Below are positions 44,851 to 58,142 of a DNA stretch of 64,000 bases, piece by piece. This stretch comes from the human T2T-CHM13v2.0 reference genome, Homo sapiens. The notes beneath the pieces were generated by a model. The model was not told where the DNA came from and searched no databases. It worked only from the letters and a program-made list of their open reading frames with translations. A program made the translations under genes and the position numbers. Each line of letters starts with the position of its first letter. Position 1 is the first letter of the stretch. The stretch is from NCBI RefSeq assembly GCF_009914755.1, contig NC_060930.1, one strand, 5' to 3'.

Positions 44851-46303
44851 TGTCATAAACTGAATGTGTGCAATGTAGAACTCGCAGTCAATGAAATTGG
44901 ATATTCACTCAGGAGAATGATAACTAACTTCTCTAATACTTTGTTTAGGTGTCTCCATCATTTAGGAGGAGATACCTAAACAAAGTATTAAAAGAGAAGC
45001 TTGGTTACTCCTTATGGCTTATAGTAAAATGCAAGAGAAAGAGAAATAAAGCTACTGTTAGGCAAAAAAGAACCAGAACTTAAAGATGTGGCAAATTCTG
45101 TCTGTTCATATTTCAAAAGATGAGGGCTTTCTGAGGAGAACACCAAGGTTGTGCCGGTACTACCACTCAGTAAAGAGACTACGAAATTATCTGAGCAGAT
45201 ACACTGCCAGTGTGAACTGTAAAGGACTGAATGAAGGAAGGCAGACTTCATGGATTCTACAAGATGGAAACATACAACCATCAGGTGGTGAACATGCATT
45301 ATCCTTCAAGAAAAAGTAACAACACCAAATGTGATTTAGAGATCATCAGAGAGCTGCCATTCTCACCACAGTCTTAAAGGGCAAGGATGATTTCCTTCAT
45401 GGTTTCAACAAGCTAGGTTATTGCTACCCAGGAGCCTTGGAGGCAGGAGTCTATGGAGGTGGGGCTGCCATCCCAGTGGATCCAGAAGGCAAAGCCAGTT
45501 GTTCTGAAAGGCACAGCATGAAATCAAAGAGATTATTTTCAAACCTCAAGATCTAATGGAATTTCCTCGATAGGTTTTGGACTTGTTTGGGACATAACAC
45601 CCCTTTCTTCCTTCTGATTTCTCCTTCTTAGACGAGATTAGGCACTTCAGGGTGGTATGGCCATAGACTGATTTCTCCTTCTTAGAATGGGAATGTTTAT
45701 CCTATGCCTGTCCCACCACCATATTTTAGTAGTACTTGCTAGTTTCACAGATTCACAGCTAGAGAGAATTTTGTCTCAGGACGAATCATACCTCGAGTCT
45801 TACCCCTTTCCACTTTAGATGATATTTAGATGAGACTTTGAACTTTAGGGTTGATGCTGGAATGAATTAAGACTTGGGATAAAATGAATGTATTTTTCAT
45901 GTGAGAACGATATAAATTGGGGGAAGGGAGGCAGGGCTGAATGTCTGTCCCCCCTCCCCAAATTCATATGTTGAAGCCCTAACGCCCTTAGCTATATTTG
46001 AAAATACGGCCTCTTACGAAGTAATTAAGAGTAAATGAGGTCACAAGGGTGGGGTCCTGATACAATAGGATTAGAAGTCTTATAAGAAAAGACAGCAGAG
46101 AGTGTTTTCCTCCTCCCCTTGTGCCATGTGAATACACAGTAAGAAGAGAGCATCCGCGACTCAAGGGGCAGAACCCTTGCCAAACACCAACCCTGCTGTA
46201 ATCTTGAAATTTCAGTCTCTAGAACTATAAGAAAATAGATTTCTGTTGTTTAAGGCACCCAGTCTATGGTATTTTGTTATGGTAGCTCAAGGAGACTAAG
46301 ACA
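44851..46303 (+). mobile_element. Internally deleted MaLR provirus (MLT1A/B-like): ~20-bp 5' LTR stub, internal region, 3' LTR ~45930-46303
   Basis: Perfect 5-bp TSD AACAT (44846-44850, 46304-46308) and the ending 'gtctatggtattttgttatgg..actaagaca'. Confidence 0.85.
45630..45668 (-). pseudogene. Tailless 5S rRNA retropseudogene (5S nt 1 to ~40)
   Basis: Minus strand GTCTATGGCCATACCACCCTGAAGTGCCTAATCTCGTCT versus 5S GTCTACGGCCATACCACCCTGAACGCGCCCGATCTCGTCT. Flanked by direct repeat CTGATTTCTCCTTCTTAGA. Confidence 0.92.
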
Positions 46304-46899
46304 AACATGAATGCAAATATCCTCAACAAATTATTACCAATGTTAAATCCAACAATGTATAAAAAGAATTGTACAGTACCCTAAGAAGGGGAGAGTGTAA
46401 CTTTTCAGTGTTTAAGTGTAGGCTTCACATAGTGATTTCCTTCCAAAGAGTACAGTATGAAAAGGAGGAAGAAATGGGTTATCTTTAAAATGGAGAAAAC
46501 TCACAAACCCTACTTTAGCCAGGTGGTCAAGGTCAACATCAAAAATCATAAAATCATGTTCATAGTATGTACTCTTGATACAGTGTGATAGAAATCGCAC
46601 TTCATCTGTGATCTTCTTTCCCTAAACCCATACCCCAAGTCTGATTATGAGAAAAACGAGACAAATTCTAAATGAGGAGCATCCTATAATACATTTGAGC
46701 AGTGCTTCTCACAACTGGCAATGTCATTAAAAACGCGGAAAGTATGAGAAAATGTCACAGCCAAGAGTACCCTAAGGAGATATGACAACTAAATGTAATG
46801 CAGTATTCTAGATGGGATCCTGGAAAAGAAAAAGGACATCAAGTAAAAACTAAGGAAATCTGAATAAGCTACAGACCTTAGTTAAAAATAACACACCAA

Positions 46900-47114
46900 G
46901 TCTGGCAAACATGTGAAACCCTGTCTCTACCAAATAATACAAAAATTAGCTGGGCATGGTGGCACATGCCTGTAAGTCCTAGCTACTCAGAAGGCTGAGG
47001 CAAGAGAATCTCTTGAACCTGGCAGGCAGAGGTTGCAGTGAGCCAAGATGGCACCACTGTACTCCAGCCTGGGTGACAGAGTGAGACCCCGTCTCAAAAC
47101 ATAAATAAATAAAT
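46900..47114 (+). mobile_element. 5'-truncated AluS
   Basis: TSD AATAACA(C/T)ACCAA and an (AAAT)n tail. Confidence 0.92.
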
Positions 47115-47287
47115 AATAACATACCAATATTGGTTCATTAATTGTAATAAATGTGCCATGTTAATAATAGGGTACACTGTTTGTGGGGGGCCCAAGAGGT
47201 GTATATGGGAACTTTCTGTTCTATTAATATCTACTCAATTTTTCTGTAAATTTAAAACTGTTCTGGAAACTAAAGTCTATAAATAAA

Positions 47288-47288
<1 letters not shown>

Positions 47289-47319
<31 letters not shown>
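47289..47319. repeat. (CA)n microsatellite
   Basis: Directly visible. Confidence 0.98.
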
Positions 47320-47321
<2 letters not shown>

Positions 47322-48642
47322 CTTCCAAAACAGGAAGAAATAATGCATTCACATAAAAGAAATTTTAAAATGAATGATGTATAAATAATTACTAAATTAA
47401 AATTCTTAATGTAAAATAATTATATCTTAAAATTATTCCTTACTTTAGAAAACTGACACCAATTTATACTTTATGTTATTAATGTATGTGATGCAATTAT
47501 ATAAAGAAGATAAAAAAACTTTCTCAAATTTTCACTGTAGCCAACAGAAATCATTAAAAAGCTTGATTAAATGAGATAATGTATATAAACTACATACAAG
47601 GGAAATCAAGCATATTAGAAGCATTAAACACACAAATGATACTATTCTTATTATTAACAAGCTGGTAAGACAAAAGGTGAAGCAAATTTATGGAACCAAG
47701 AACTCTTCTAAGAAGCTTATTAAATTAGAGGATTCTTCATGTTGGGCCAATACCCAGCAATTCACAGTTTAAACACTTCCAGCTGGTAAGTGTTTTTTTG
47801 AGGCAAGCAAGGGAAATGAAGAACAAAGGGAGAAGGCAAAACTAAGAGAAAACAGCTTTCCTGTAACACTAAAGAAATTCAAAAGCATCATTAAATAAAT
47901 ACAGAAACACAGAAAAACATCACTGGAATAATAGAGCAGAAAAATTTTAAGTAAACTTATGTTTATGTATGAAAACAAGAAAGTAATTAGAGAGCTTTTG
48001 CTTTTAGGAACTATTTTCTAACATGTGACAAAGACAGGCTCAAAAAATATCTCATCACATACAGAACAGATTGAAAATACTTTAAAATGTTAAAAATGTT
48101 TATAATTCTGTCAGTTCAAATTTCACACTTTGGAATTAGGATATATTTCTCCCGTGTAACTGGTGTGAAAAAAATTATATATATATGTTAACACATGCTC
48201 CATTTATCTAAACTAACATTGTTTAATTTTATTATACCAAGCAAATAGAAAATTTGAACTGCTATATGAAGCTCCCATGAGGATTTATCCTTTAGATATA
48301 ATTTATGGAATAGCAGAATTAATTTTTTAAAGTAATACATAAAATATGTCTACTAATTAATACCATCTTAGAGGAATCAATAAAATTCATTTATCAGTTA
48401 TCTTCCATTCTGCTGACACCAAAGATATCATCCTACTCTTCTTCCAGAGAAACAAATTTTTCCTAAAATCACAATGTTCCTTTTTCAGAAGCAGGAAGAG
48501 AAAATTCTAAGAGAAGAAAGTAAAGGAATTCTGTGAAACAAGTAGGAAAGAATACTCAGGAGAAAGCAAGAGGGCTACTCTAGAGTTTACACCTGCTCAG
48601 AAAGGGAACAGCAGAATTAAAAGCGATCAAAAAATGAAAACG

Positions 48643-48979
48643 GGATCAGGCATGGTGGCTCATGCCTTTAATCCTAGCACTTTGGGGGGGCCGAGGCAGG
48701 AGAATCGCTTGAGCCCAGAATTTGAGACCAGCATGGACAACATAGTAAGACCTCGTCTCTACAAAAAATTAAAAAATTAGCCAAGCATAGTAGCACACAC
48801 CTGTGGTCCCAGCTACTCGAGAGGCTGAGGTAAAGAGGATCACTTGAGTCTGGGAGGTCAAGGCTGCAGTGAGCTGTGATCAAATCACTGCACTCCAGCC
48901 TGGGTAACAGACACCCTGTCTCAAAAAAACAAAAAAACAAGAAAGGAAAGAAAGAGAAAAAAGAAAAGAATAAGAATAA
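48643..48979 (+). mobile_element. AluJ with A/G-rich tail
   Basis: 'cttgagcccag' and 'gaggtcaaggctgcagtgagc'. Confidence 0.92.
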
Positions 48980-49312
48980 GATGCAGCCATAAAAATGAAT
49001 GAGATCATGTCCTTTGCAGGGACATGGATGAAGCTGGAAGCCATCACCCTCAGCAAACTAACACAGGAACAGAAAACCAAACACTGCATGTTCTCACTCA
49101 TAAGTGGAAGGTGAACAATGAGAACACATGGACACAAGGAGGGGAACAACACACACCAAGGCCTGTTGAGGGGTGGAGGACGAGGGGAGGGAACGTAGGC
49201 AAGGATGGGTCAATAGGTGCTGCAAACTACCATGGCACACATATACCTATGTAACAAACCTGCACGTTCTGCACACGCATTCCGGAACTTAAAGTAAAAT
49301 TTTTAAAAAAAA
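48980..49312 (+). mobile_element. L1PA8-like 3' end
   Basis: 'gggtcaataggtgctgcaaactaccatggcacac..ggaacttaaagtaaaat'. Confidence 0.88.
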
Positions 49313-49321
49313 GAAATGAAA

Positions 49322-50035
49322 TGACTTTTTAGTAATAGCCATTCTGACTGGTATGAGATGCTGGTTAGGCTGCAGAGAAAATGGAACACTTGTACACTGT
49401 TGATGAGAACGTAAATTAGTTTGACCATCATGGAAAATAGTTTGGAGATTTCTGAAAGAACTTAAAACAGAATCATCATTTGACCCAGCAATCCCCTTAC
49501 TGGGTATATATCTAAAGAAAAGACATTGTTTTACCAAAAAGACACATGCACTCACTTGTTCATCGTGGCACTATTCACAATAACAATGACATGGAATCGA
49601 CATAGGTGCCCATCAACAGTGGATTCGATAAAGAAAATGTGGTACACATACACCATGGAATACTACGCAGCCATAAAAAAGAAGGAAATCATGTCCTTTG
49701 CAGCGACATGGATATTGCTGAAGGCCATTATTCTAAATGTGAGAACAGAAAACCGAATACCACGTGTTCTCACTTATAAGTGGGAGCTAAACACTGGGTA
49801 CTCATGGACATAAAGATGGTAACCATAGACAATGGGGGACTCAAGGGAAGGGAGAAAGAGGGGAAAGGGATGCAAAACTGTTGAGTACTATGCTCAGTAC
49901 CTGGGTGACAAGATCAATTATACCCCAAACCTCAGCATCACACAATATACCCCATGTTACAAACCTGCACAATTACCTCCTGAATGTAAAATAAAAGTTA
50001 AAATTATTTTCAAAAATTTTTAAATTTAAAATAAA
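49322..50035 (+). mobile_element. L1PA15/16-like 3' end with a 39-bp 5' inversion
   Basis: 49322-49360 is antisense L1 and 49356-50035 is sense L1 with its 3' UTR. Confidence 0.88.
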
Positions 50036-51704
50036 TGAAATGAAAAACTGCTCCATATTACAAAGCTGAAAGATGATGTGACATCACAATCCAACATCCA
50101 GCAATGAAGTCTTCGAAAGCACATTTTCAAGAGATTTAATGAGTAATTAGATACAAAAAATTATTAATAGTGGTTATATGTGGGTAATGGGTAGGGGGCA
50201 GACTTTTCCTTTTCATGGCTCTGAACTTTTGTTTTCTTTCTCCATCTCCTCATAAATATATACTAGCTTTATAATTGCAAATAACCCCAAATAATTATCG
50301 ACTGGTAGGACGACCTGATCTTTCCGTTGCTATTAGTAGGATCGTGTGTTCTTTTCATAAGGATCTAGATCATAAAAATAACCTAAATCTAAAACATTAC
50401 AAGAAGAAAGCTGAAACATACATACTTCATTAACTGATGTTAAAAAACATTTATTAAATGCATTTTCTTTTACAGCATGATGACACTGCACTGTAAAAAC
50501 AAGAGGTCCTGAATTCTATGGGCATATGGTGTAAAGCAAAAATGCTGATTCAGACAAATAGGACATATACACAGCAAAGCCAAAACAAACAATACTTTAA
50601 CATGTATCGGATAAAGGTAGAAAGTTGAGCATTTACCTTCCAAAAAGGAGGGAAGGTCAATAGCCCAAAGAGAGAAATCACAGACAACTGAGAGGAAATG
50701 ACTTTTTGTTTAAAAGCTAATCAGTTCTGTTCAAATATATTTAAAATATGCAATGGAAAGGCATTTCTTTTAAGAATGTTTTTAAAAGACCTAAAACAAC
50801 TAGCTCATATCATATCTGTTTCAAAAATTATTTGAAGTTTACACATACAGTTACATGACAAGTTAACATATCATGATAGCTTTTTAAATCATTGCCATCA
50901 ATAATCTGTTCTTCTTTCATCTTTCCTTTTGTAATCTCAAAGGAAAAGTTGCGAGACTACGTTGGGGGAAAGAAAGGCTTGTTAGAAGTCACGGCATGCT
51001 CTGATTGTGACAAAGAGTGCTGTGGCTAAGTGACCCAGATCTATTGACAAGGCTTGGAAGAGTTAGTCCCAGGTAGGAGAGAAAATTTACCAGTAAGCAC
51101 TAAATGAATTCCAATATTAGATTACATTACAATAGCTAACTGTTGAAGTTTGGCAGCATTCACTTAAAGTGTAAAGGTGATTTTAAAAACTTTTCAAAGG
51201 GTGCTTATGAGTAGCAATTAGAGAGAAGTTTTCTAGAATTATAGTTCGGAAGAAAAATAGAATGTTACCCCTATTATTTATATTTACATGCAAGGCAAAT
51301 GCATAGGTGGCTTGCTAAGTCACAGTTTAAGACGTCACCTTTCATCTGGAGAAAAAGATATGGATTACAGAAGCAATGTCTCAGAAGAAATAGGCATTAC
51401 AGGGCTAGTCCTACAATTTCCAAATGTGAAGATACGCTATATTTCCCAAAGCTAGATCTGAAATAATAACATAAGAAGTAAACATTAATTTTTGTATTAA
51501 AAATGCACAAAAGGGCAGTGAAGACTCTTCACTCAAATAAAACACTGTATTGTTCATGGAGCAGTTTGAAAACCATGACTATGATAGAAAAGGAGTAAGT
51601 TTTGGAGTATAACAAGGATTTGTTTGAATACTAATTCCTATACTTAAGACTTATGTGATTTTAGACAAGTTCCTGAACCACTTTAAAGAAGTTTACTTGT
51701 TTTT

Positions 51705-52300
51705 TTCTCCAATTTTTTTTATTACGGTAAAATATACAGAACAAAATGTAGCATCTTAACCACTTTTAAGTGAACAGTTCGGTGGTATTAAATACATTCA
51801 TAATGTCATACAACCATCACCACCATTCATCTCCATAAGTTTTGTTTTGTTTTGTTTTGTAGAACTGAAACTCTACACCTATGAAAAATGACTTCCCATT
51901 CCCCACTCCCTCCAGCCCCTGGTGACCACCATTCTACTTCCTGTCTCTAGGCATCTCATATAAATGGAATCACACAGTACTTGTCTTTTTGTATCTGGCT
52001 TATTTCATTTTGCATAATGTCCTGAAGGTTCATTCACAATGTAGCATATGTCAGAATTTCCTATCTTTTTAAGGTTGAATAATATTCTATTGTATGTATA
52101 TACCACATTTTGCTTAACCATTCATCTACAGACACTATATCCCTTCCACATTTTAGCTATTGTGAATAATGCTGCTATAAACATGAGGGTATAAATCTCT
52201 TTGAAACCTCATTTTCAGAAGCAGAATTGCTGGATCATATGATAATTCTATTTTTAATTTTTTGAGGAATGACCATACTGTTTTCCACAGCAGCCATGCC
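51705..52300 (-). mobile_element. L1MB-type 3' end, inserted in a MIR
   Basis: Antisense L1 3' UTR with TSD AGTTTACTT(G/A)TTTTT (51690, 52304). Confidence 0.88.
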
Positions 52301-52650
52301 AATAGTTTACTTATTTTTAATGAAGATAGCAACAACATCTACTTTATAGGTTTAGTATGATGAATTGAAATGATAAATAAAAATGGCTTAGTATAAAGCC
52401 TAAAAACATTTTGTTGGTACTCTTCACCTTTTTTCCCCCAAAGAAATAAAAATACCATATTTAAGCTACATTTTATGTTGAATTTATATTTGCATTTGTC
52501 ACTATACAATAAATTTCATTATCAAACAAGCTTTCATGAGTTCATCATCTCCTGACTATATGATTTAACATAAGGAAATAAAACAGCTTTGTCAACAACT
52601 AGTAATCATTCTAAAATAGTTGGTAAGAATAGGATTGTTCTTATTACTCC

Positions 52651-52967
<317 letters not shown>

Positions 52968-53429
52968 TGTTCTTACTACTCTTTATAAATACAGAAGACA
53001 ATAGAAGAAGAGAAAACTAATCATTACATTAGCTCTTTTCCTCTAGAAAACCTGATTTCTGCTATTACATATGAATAGTTTTTTATGCTATGATATGAGG
53101 TTGATTCTTAATAAGACAAAGAATTTCAATGCATTGTTATTATAACATATACTAAACAAGATGAGTAATTTAGGAGAAAGTAGCTTAAAATCTCAGGATT
53201 ATAATCATCTGCTATCATGACAATTAAAATGAGATAAATTTCAAGTATTTGGGAAGTTAACGAAACATTACAAATATGATGCTTAATATAAATAACAAGC
53301 TAAGGAAATTCATCAAATTATGAATATTTTTGGTTACAAATAAAACCAACTTATTGTTTCTAAGTATATATAGTTCTAATCAGTTTAGAGGTTAAAACAA
53401 AGTATTTTTCCTGGAAATAAAAAATTACC

Positions 53430-54045
53430 ATAAGGAACACTGCAGTGATAATTTTTGCACGCAGGATCTGCTAATAGAAGCTACAACTAGTAGGAGAAAG
53501 TTTGAGGAGAAACAGAATATTTGCATACACTCTCCAAGAACCTATTAACTAGAAAAAGGAAAGCAGCAACTTTAAAGAAGAGAAACTCCGCATATACCAC
53601 CTTTAACAGTGATGAAGGTTAACATTACCAGTAATGAGACATATCTATATCATCTACTCTGATATGACACACTGAAAACAGCACATCATTTCTGTGGTAT
53701 TCTTGCAAAAAGTGCGTAACCTCAATCTAATTATGAGAAAGTACCAGACAAAGCCAAATCGAGGTATTGGGAATCAAGTTCGAGGATTCCCTAGAAGAAC
53801 TCAAAGGACTCAGATGTTGCACTCACAGTTACAAGTTATTACAACAAAAGGATGCACAGAAAATCAGCAAAGGGAAAAGACACATGGGGTGATACATATT
53901 ACACTGATGTTGAAATGACAACATTTTAGATATATTGAGTTAAATAAAATATGTTATTGGAATTAATTTCACCTGTTTCTACTTTTTATTATGGTTACTA
54001 GAAAAATTTAATTACATGTGTGACTCACATATTTCTATAGAAGAG
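53430..54045 (+). mobile_element. L1MC-type 3' fragments with a MER21-like LTR fragment (~53765-53890)
   Basis: 'aaagtttgaggagaaacag' and 'cacatcatttctgtggtattcttgc'. The LTR piece reads 'ggactcag..aaatcagcaaagggaaaagacacatgggg'. Confidence 0.65.
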
Positions 54046-54259
54046 TGCCGGTCTAAATACATTAGAAGTTACAAAATGGTGATAGTCTATTATTCCTTCT
54101 TCATTACATGGCTGGAAAACTTTCATAAAAAGAAACTTACCATTTGGCTATCTGAAGTATGTGTCGTATTAAAAAAAAAAAGCAGAAGAAAAAAAGGCTA
54201 GATTCTTGCCCTGGCTTTCAAAATAATAACTTGGCCCCCTTATATACTTCAAATATAAC

Positions 54260-55720
54260 TGTACCAGTTATCAATTTTAATTGTGGAAGTTATCAATTTA
54301 CTGCCTCTTATTTCCAAAGCTACCCTCTTGCCCTGCTTTGTGATACAAGATCAGGACCCTGTAACCCTGCTCCTTTGCCAGCAGGTACAAATGTCAGGCT
54401 TTGTGAGTACAGAGCAGTGAAGGGACACTACAAGGGCATAGCCTGGGTTCTGGTTTGGATGTTTTTCTATGATGCAGTTGTCAGCTAAATATTGTGTGGG
54501 AAGCCTGGTGGCACTCACCTGCAAGGCTCTAGCAGACCAGCTCTAGCCTGCCGGTATTCTATGGCAAATTTCCCCACCACCAAAGAGTGGCTTCTAGCAG
54601 ACCAACTCTGATTTTCCAACATTTTCCAGCAAGTTTCTTCACAACCAACTGGCTGCTCCCTGTGGTCCAGCTGTGGCCTGCCACTCCCCTCTTACCCAGT
54701 TTTCAGATACAAGTCAGTCCCAACACCCAAAGGCCCCTGATGCAAGGGGAGGCCAGGTCCCCTTGCAGAAAGACCCTGTAGTTTTGCCACAAGTATATGC
54801 TTTAAATTATGTACCAAATCATCCCCAGAAGGGCCTATTGCTATCTACTAGAGCAGCGGTCCTCAACCTTTTTGGCACCAGGAACCAGTTTTATGTAAGA
54901 TGATTTTTCCACAAATGTTGGTGGGGGAATGCTTTGGGGAAGATTTCATGTCAAATCATCAGGCATTAGTTAGATTCTCATAAGGAGCACGCAACTTAGA
55001 TCCCTTGCATGAGCAGTTCACGATGGGGTTTGTGCTCCTATGAGAATCTAATACCGCCACTGATCTGACAGGAGGTAGAGCTCAGGTGTTAATGCTTGCT
55101 CCTCCGCCACTTACCTCCTGCTGTTGCAGCTTGGTTCTAACAGGCCACAGACCTATACTGGTCTGGCCTGGGGGTTGGGCACCCCTGTACTAGAATGATT
55201 ATGTCATGGAGAAAAATTAATATCCAGACCTTTCAGAAATACTCTATACTGATTCCAGGGAAGTGATGCCAACTCTTGGGGCACAACACGCTACTATGAC
55301 ACAACACATCAAAGTGAAGACTTAAAGAAATCAGGTGATGGGTGAAGTCTTAACACAAGTTTGACCCATAGCAGACCCAGTCAGTCCACAGACTCACCCT
55401 GTGGTACTTTCTCCTATTCCTGAATGTATAATTGGAATAGACATACTTAATAACCGGCAGAATCCCCATAGGCACTCTCTTACACATGGGTTAAGGGTCA
55501 TTATAGTAGAAAGAGATAAAGAAAAGCTCTAGGAACTTCCTTTGCCTGGCAAAATAGTAATCCAAAAGCAATATTGTGTTGGGGCAGGGGGTGGGCATCA
55601 AAATTTGAAAGAAGCAGGAATGGTGATATCTATCACATTCCCATTTAATTATCAGTCCGTCCTGCACATACATACATCATATAAATCTCAAATGGCTGTG
55701 AACAATTATAAACCTCAACC
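54260..55720. mobile_element. Ancient ERVL region: LTR41-like piece followed by ERVL gag/pro/pol-like DNA
   Basis: 'tgtaccagttatcaattt..tcctttgccagc..gctttgtgagtacag', 'gggaggccaggtccccttg' and 'cctgaatgtataattggaatagacatactt'. Confidence 0.6.
54854..55187 (+). mobile_element. MER1B, intact
   Basis: CAG...CTG termini and 8-bp TSD TACTAGA(G/A). Confidence 0.92.
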
Positions 55721-56439
55721 TTTTTCCCAAACCACTCATCCCACATTCTTCCCTATGGAATTAATCATGGCTCCTCTTTCTCAAATCTGTCAGCTCAATA
55801 TACCACTTACGCTTTAATCTAGGAAGCAGAACCATCCAGTGATATAGAATCAGGAGTTTATTATAAGAGTTAGGCCTTATACTACTGTGGTAGAAGCGAG
55901 GGAGTAAAGATCCTGAAGGAGATAGTTGGAGGATCAGAAAAATACTTCTAACCAGAGACCATTAATGGGAGCTTGTGAAGAAGTCTATAAAAGCCTGTAT
56001 CCCCGTGTTTGATGGTGAGCCTAAAGTCTATGACAGCAGGGCAGACAGTTGGGAAGAAAGCCTGGACATAAAATAGGACAAACTGCAATGCCTGAGAACA
56101 AACTGGAACTGATGGAGACAAACTGGAACCCAAGTCTGTTTTCAATCTTATCTAAACCTGATGCTGTAGATGACCTGCAGAAGAATCTGTTTCCCTTTCC
56201 TATGGAGCTATACATTCATTTGGCCCATGACTCACAGAAGCTAACAGGTAAGCCAACAGAGCAATGATTATGTATATATCTGAATGTAATGACTGCTGTT
56301 TTATTTTTGCCTTCCAAGTATCACACATTTCTCAAGGCTAGCTATCATCTAGTACCACACAAGGAAGAGAATTCTGGAAAACGCAATTTTAGTTTAACTA
56401 AACTAACACAGTAAAGAAAATCACTACACTACACCTTCT

Positions 56440-57135
56440 GGATCTTTTGATCCAGAATCTGACTGTTTCTCACCATTACTAATGTTACCATCCTAGTCAC
56501 AAGAACTCTTGCCTGGATTCCTACAATGAACTCTTTCCTGACCCTTTCCTATCCAAGAGGGATTCTCAAAGGGAAATTAAAAGAAAAAAAAAGTCAAATC
56601 GAATGTCAGTTATCATCCTGAAACCCAGCAATGCCTCCTACTTCCCTCAGAGTATGAGCTGAAGCCCTAACAGTAGCCATAAGATGAGATAATACAGGGC
56701 CCGATCTCTTCTACTTCTCTCTCCCTCCTTCACTTAGTCATCTCTTGCCACACAGGCTCCAAGGCCTATACAGGATCTTTTGCTCCAGCTATTTCTTCCA
56801 TCTGGTGCTTCTCCCTCATATCTACTATCTGCTTGGCTAACTCCCTCACTTTCTTCAACTATTTGCTCAAATCTTACTTTATCAATGGGACTTAAAATAT
56901 TTTAATTTGTCACTCCTCCCCTTCAAACTGGAACACTCAACCCCTTATTATACTTAATTTTTTTACAAATACTGATTTAGCTTTCAACATATTATCTAAT
57001 TTACTTATTTGTTATGTTTATTGTCTGTCTCTCTTAAATAAAATGTAAGTTCCATGAATCAGGGATCTGATTTTGCATGAATATATCACAAGCTCCTAAA
57101 ATAGTAACTGCAAATACAGAAAATATTTATTTGTT
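56440..57135 (+). mobile_element. L2 3' portion
   Basis: 'aatgtaagttccatgaatcagggat..gctcctaaaatagtaactg..aaatatttat'. Confidence 0.75.
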
Positions 57136-57149
57136 TAACCAATTAATCA

Positions 57150-58140
57150 AGTGAAATGCCGGAAGCAAAGAAGAAAAAAAATGGGGAAAAGTAATATTTG
57201 AAGAAATAATAGCAGGAAAAGCTCAGAAATGATGAAAAACAATGTAATGCACTTTCCACAAGCCTAATAAGTTCCAGTTGGGGAAAAAAAAAATCCATAC
57301 CGAGGCTCATCATAGTAAATCTACAGTACATCAAATACAAAGATTGAATCTTAAAAACAAGAACAAAGAAAAGAAAGGTTACCTTTCTTTTGGGGTAAGA
57401 AGACAACTATACGAACAGCTGATTTGTCGACAGCAACAAGGAAAGTCAGAAGATACTGGAATAAAACTGTCTATATGCTGAAGAAAAAATAACTGTTTAC
57501 TTAGAATTCAATATCCAATAAATAGGATAGAATAAAGACTGTCACTAAAACAACTGAACTTGCTACCAGCAGAGCCAAAAGAAATGTTAAAGAATGTAAC
57601 TACTGGCAGAAAATCTGAAGTAATAGAAGGAACACACAGCAAAAGAAGTTGTAAATATGTAGGAAAAGCAATCAAATATTGACTGTATGTAACAAAAATA
57701 ATAAGGTATTGTGGGCTATAATAGAAGAAATACAAACGTAACTTGGAAAGGATTACATTTCTTGGAAAAGTATAAATGTTAACTTTAGATTTAAAGAGTT
57801 AGATGTGCGTGCTAAAATTTCTAGGGTAATCACCAAGAAAACTCCAACATTTCAAAGTATGACTTTAAATTGAGCAGGGAAAAAAAAATAAGGAAAAAAA
57901 TCAAAATAAAAGGCAAGAAAGAGGGAAAAGTATAGAAAAAGTAGGACAAATAACACAAAATAAGATGGCAAAAATTCATTACTTATGATTAATTAAGTGT
58001 AAATGGATGAAATGCTCCATTTATGAAGACTGTCAATGAGTAACAACAATAAAAAATAAATCCAGATAAATGCTGTTCACAAGAGATCTAAATATAAGGA
58101 GAGAAATACTGAAAGCTAAAAAATAAAACAATGTATACCA
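57150..58140 (+). mobile_element. Ancient L1M ORF1-region fragments
   Basis: 'aatatttgaagaaataatagcag' and 'cttagaattcaatatcca'. Confidence 0.65.
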
Positions 58141-58142
58141 AG

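Noticed and set aside
47724-47791. + strand donor CTG|GTAAGT with a short open frame upstream
   Set aside because: No polypyrimidine acceptor, and it is opposite to the inferred host direction. Such motifs are expected by chance.
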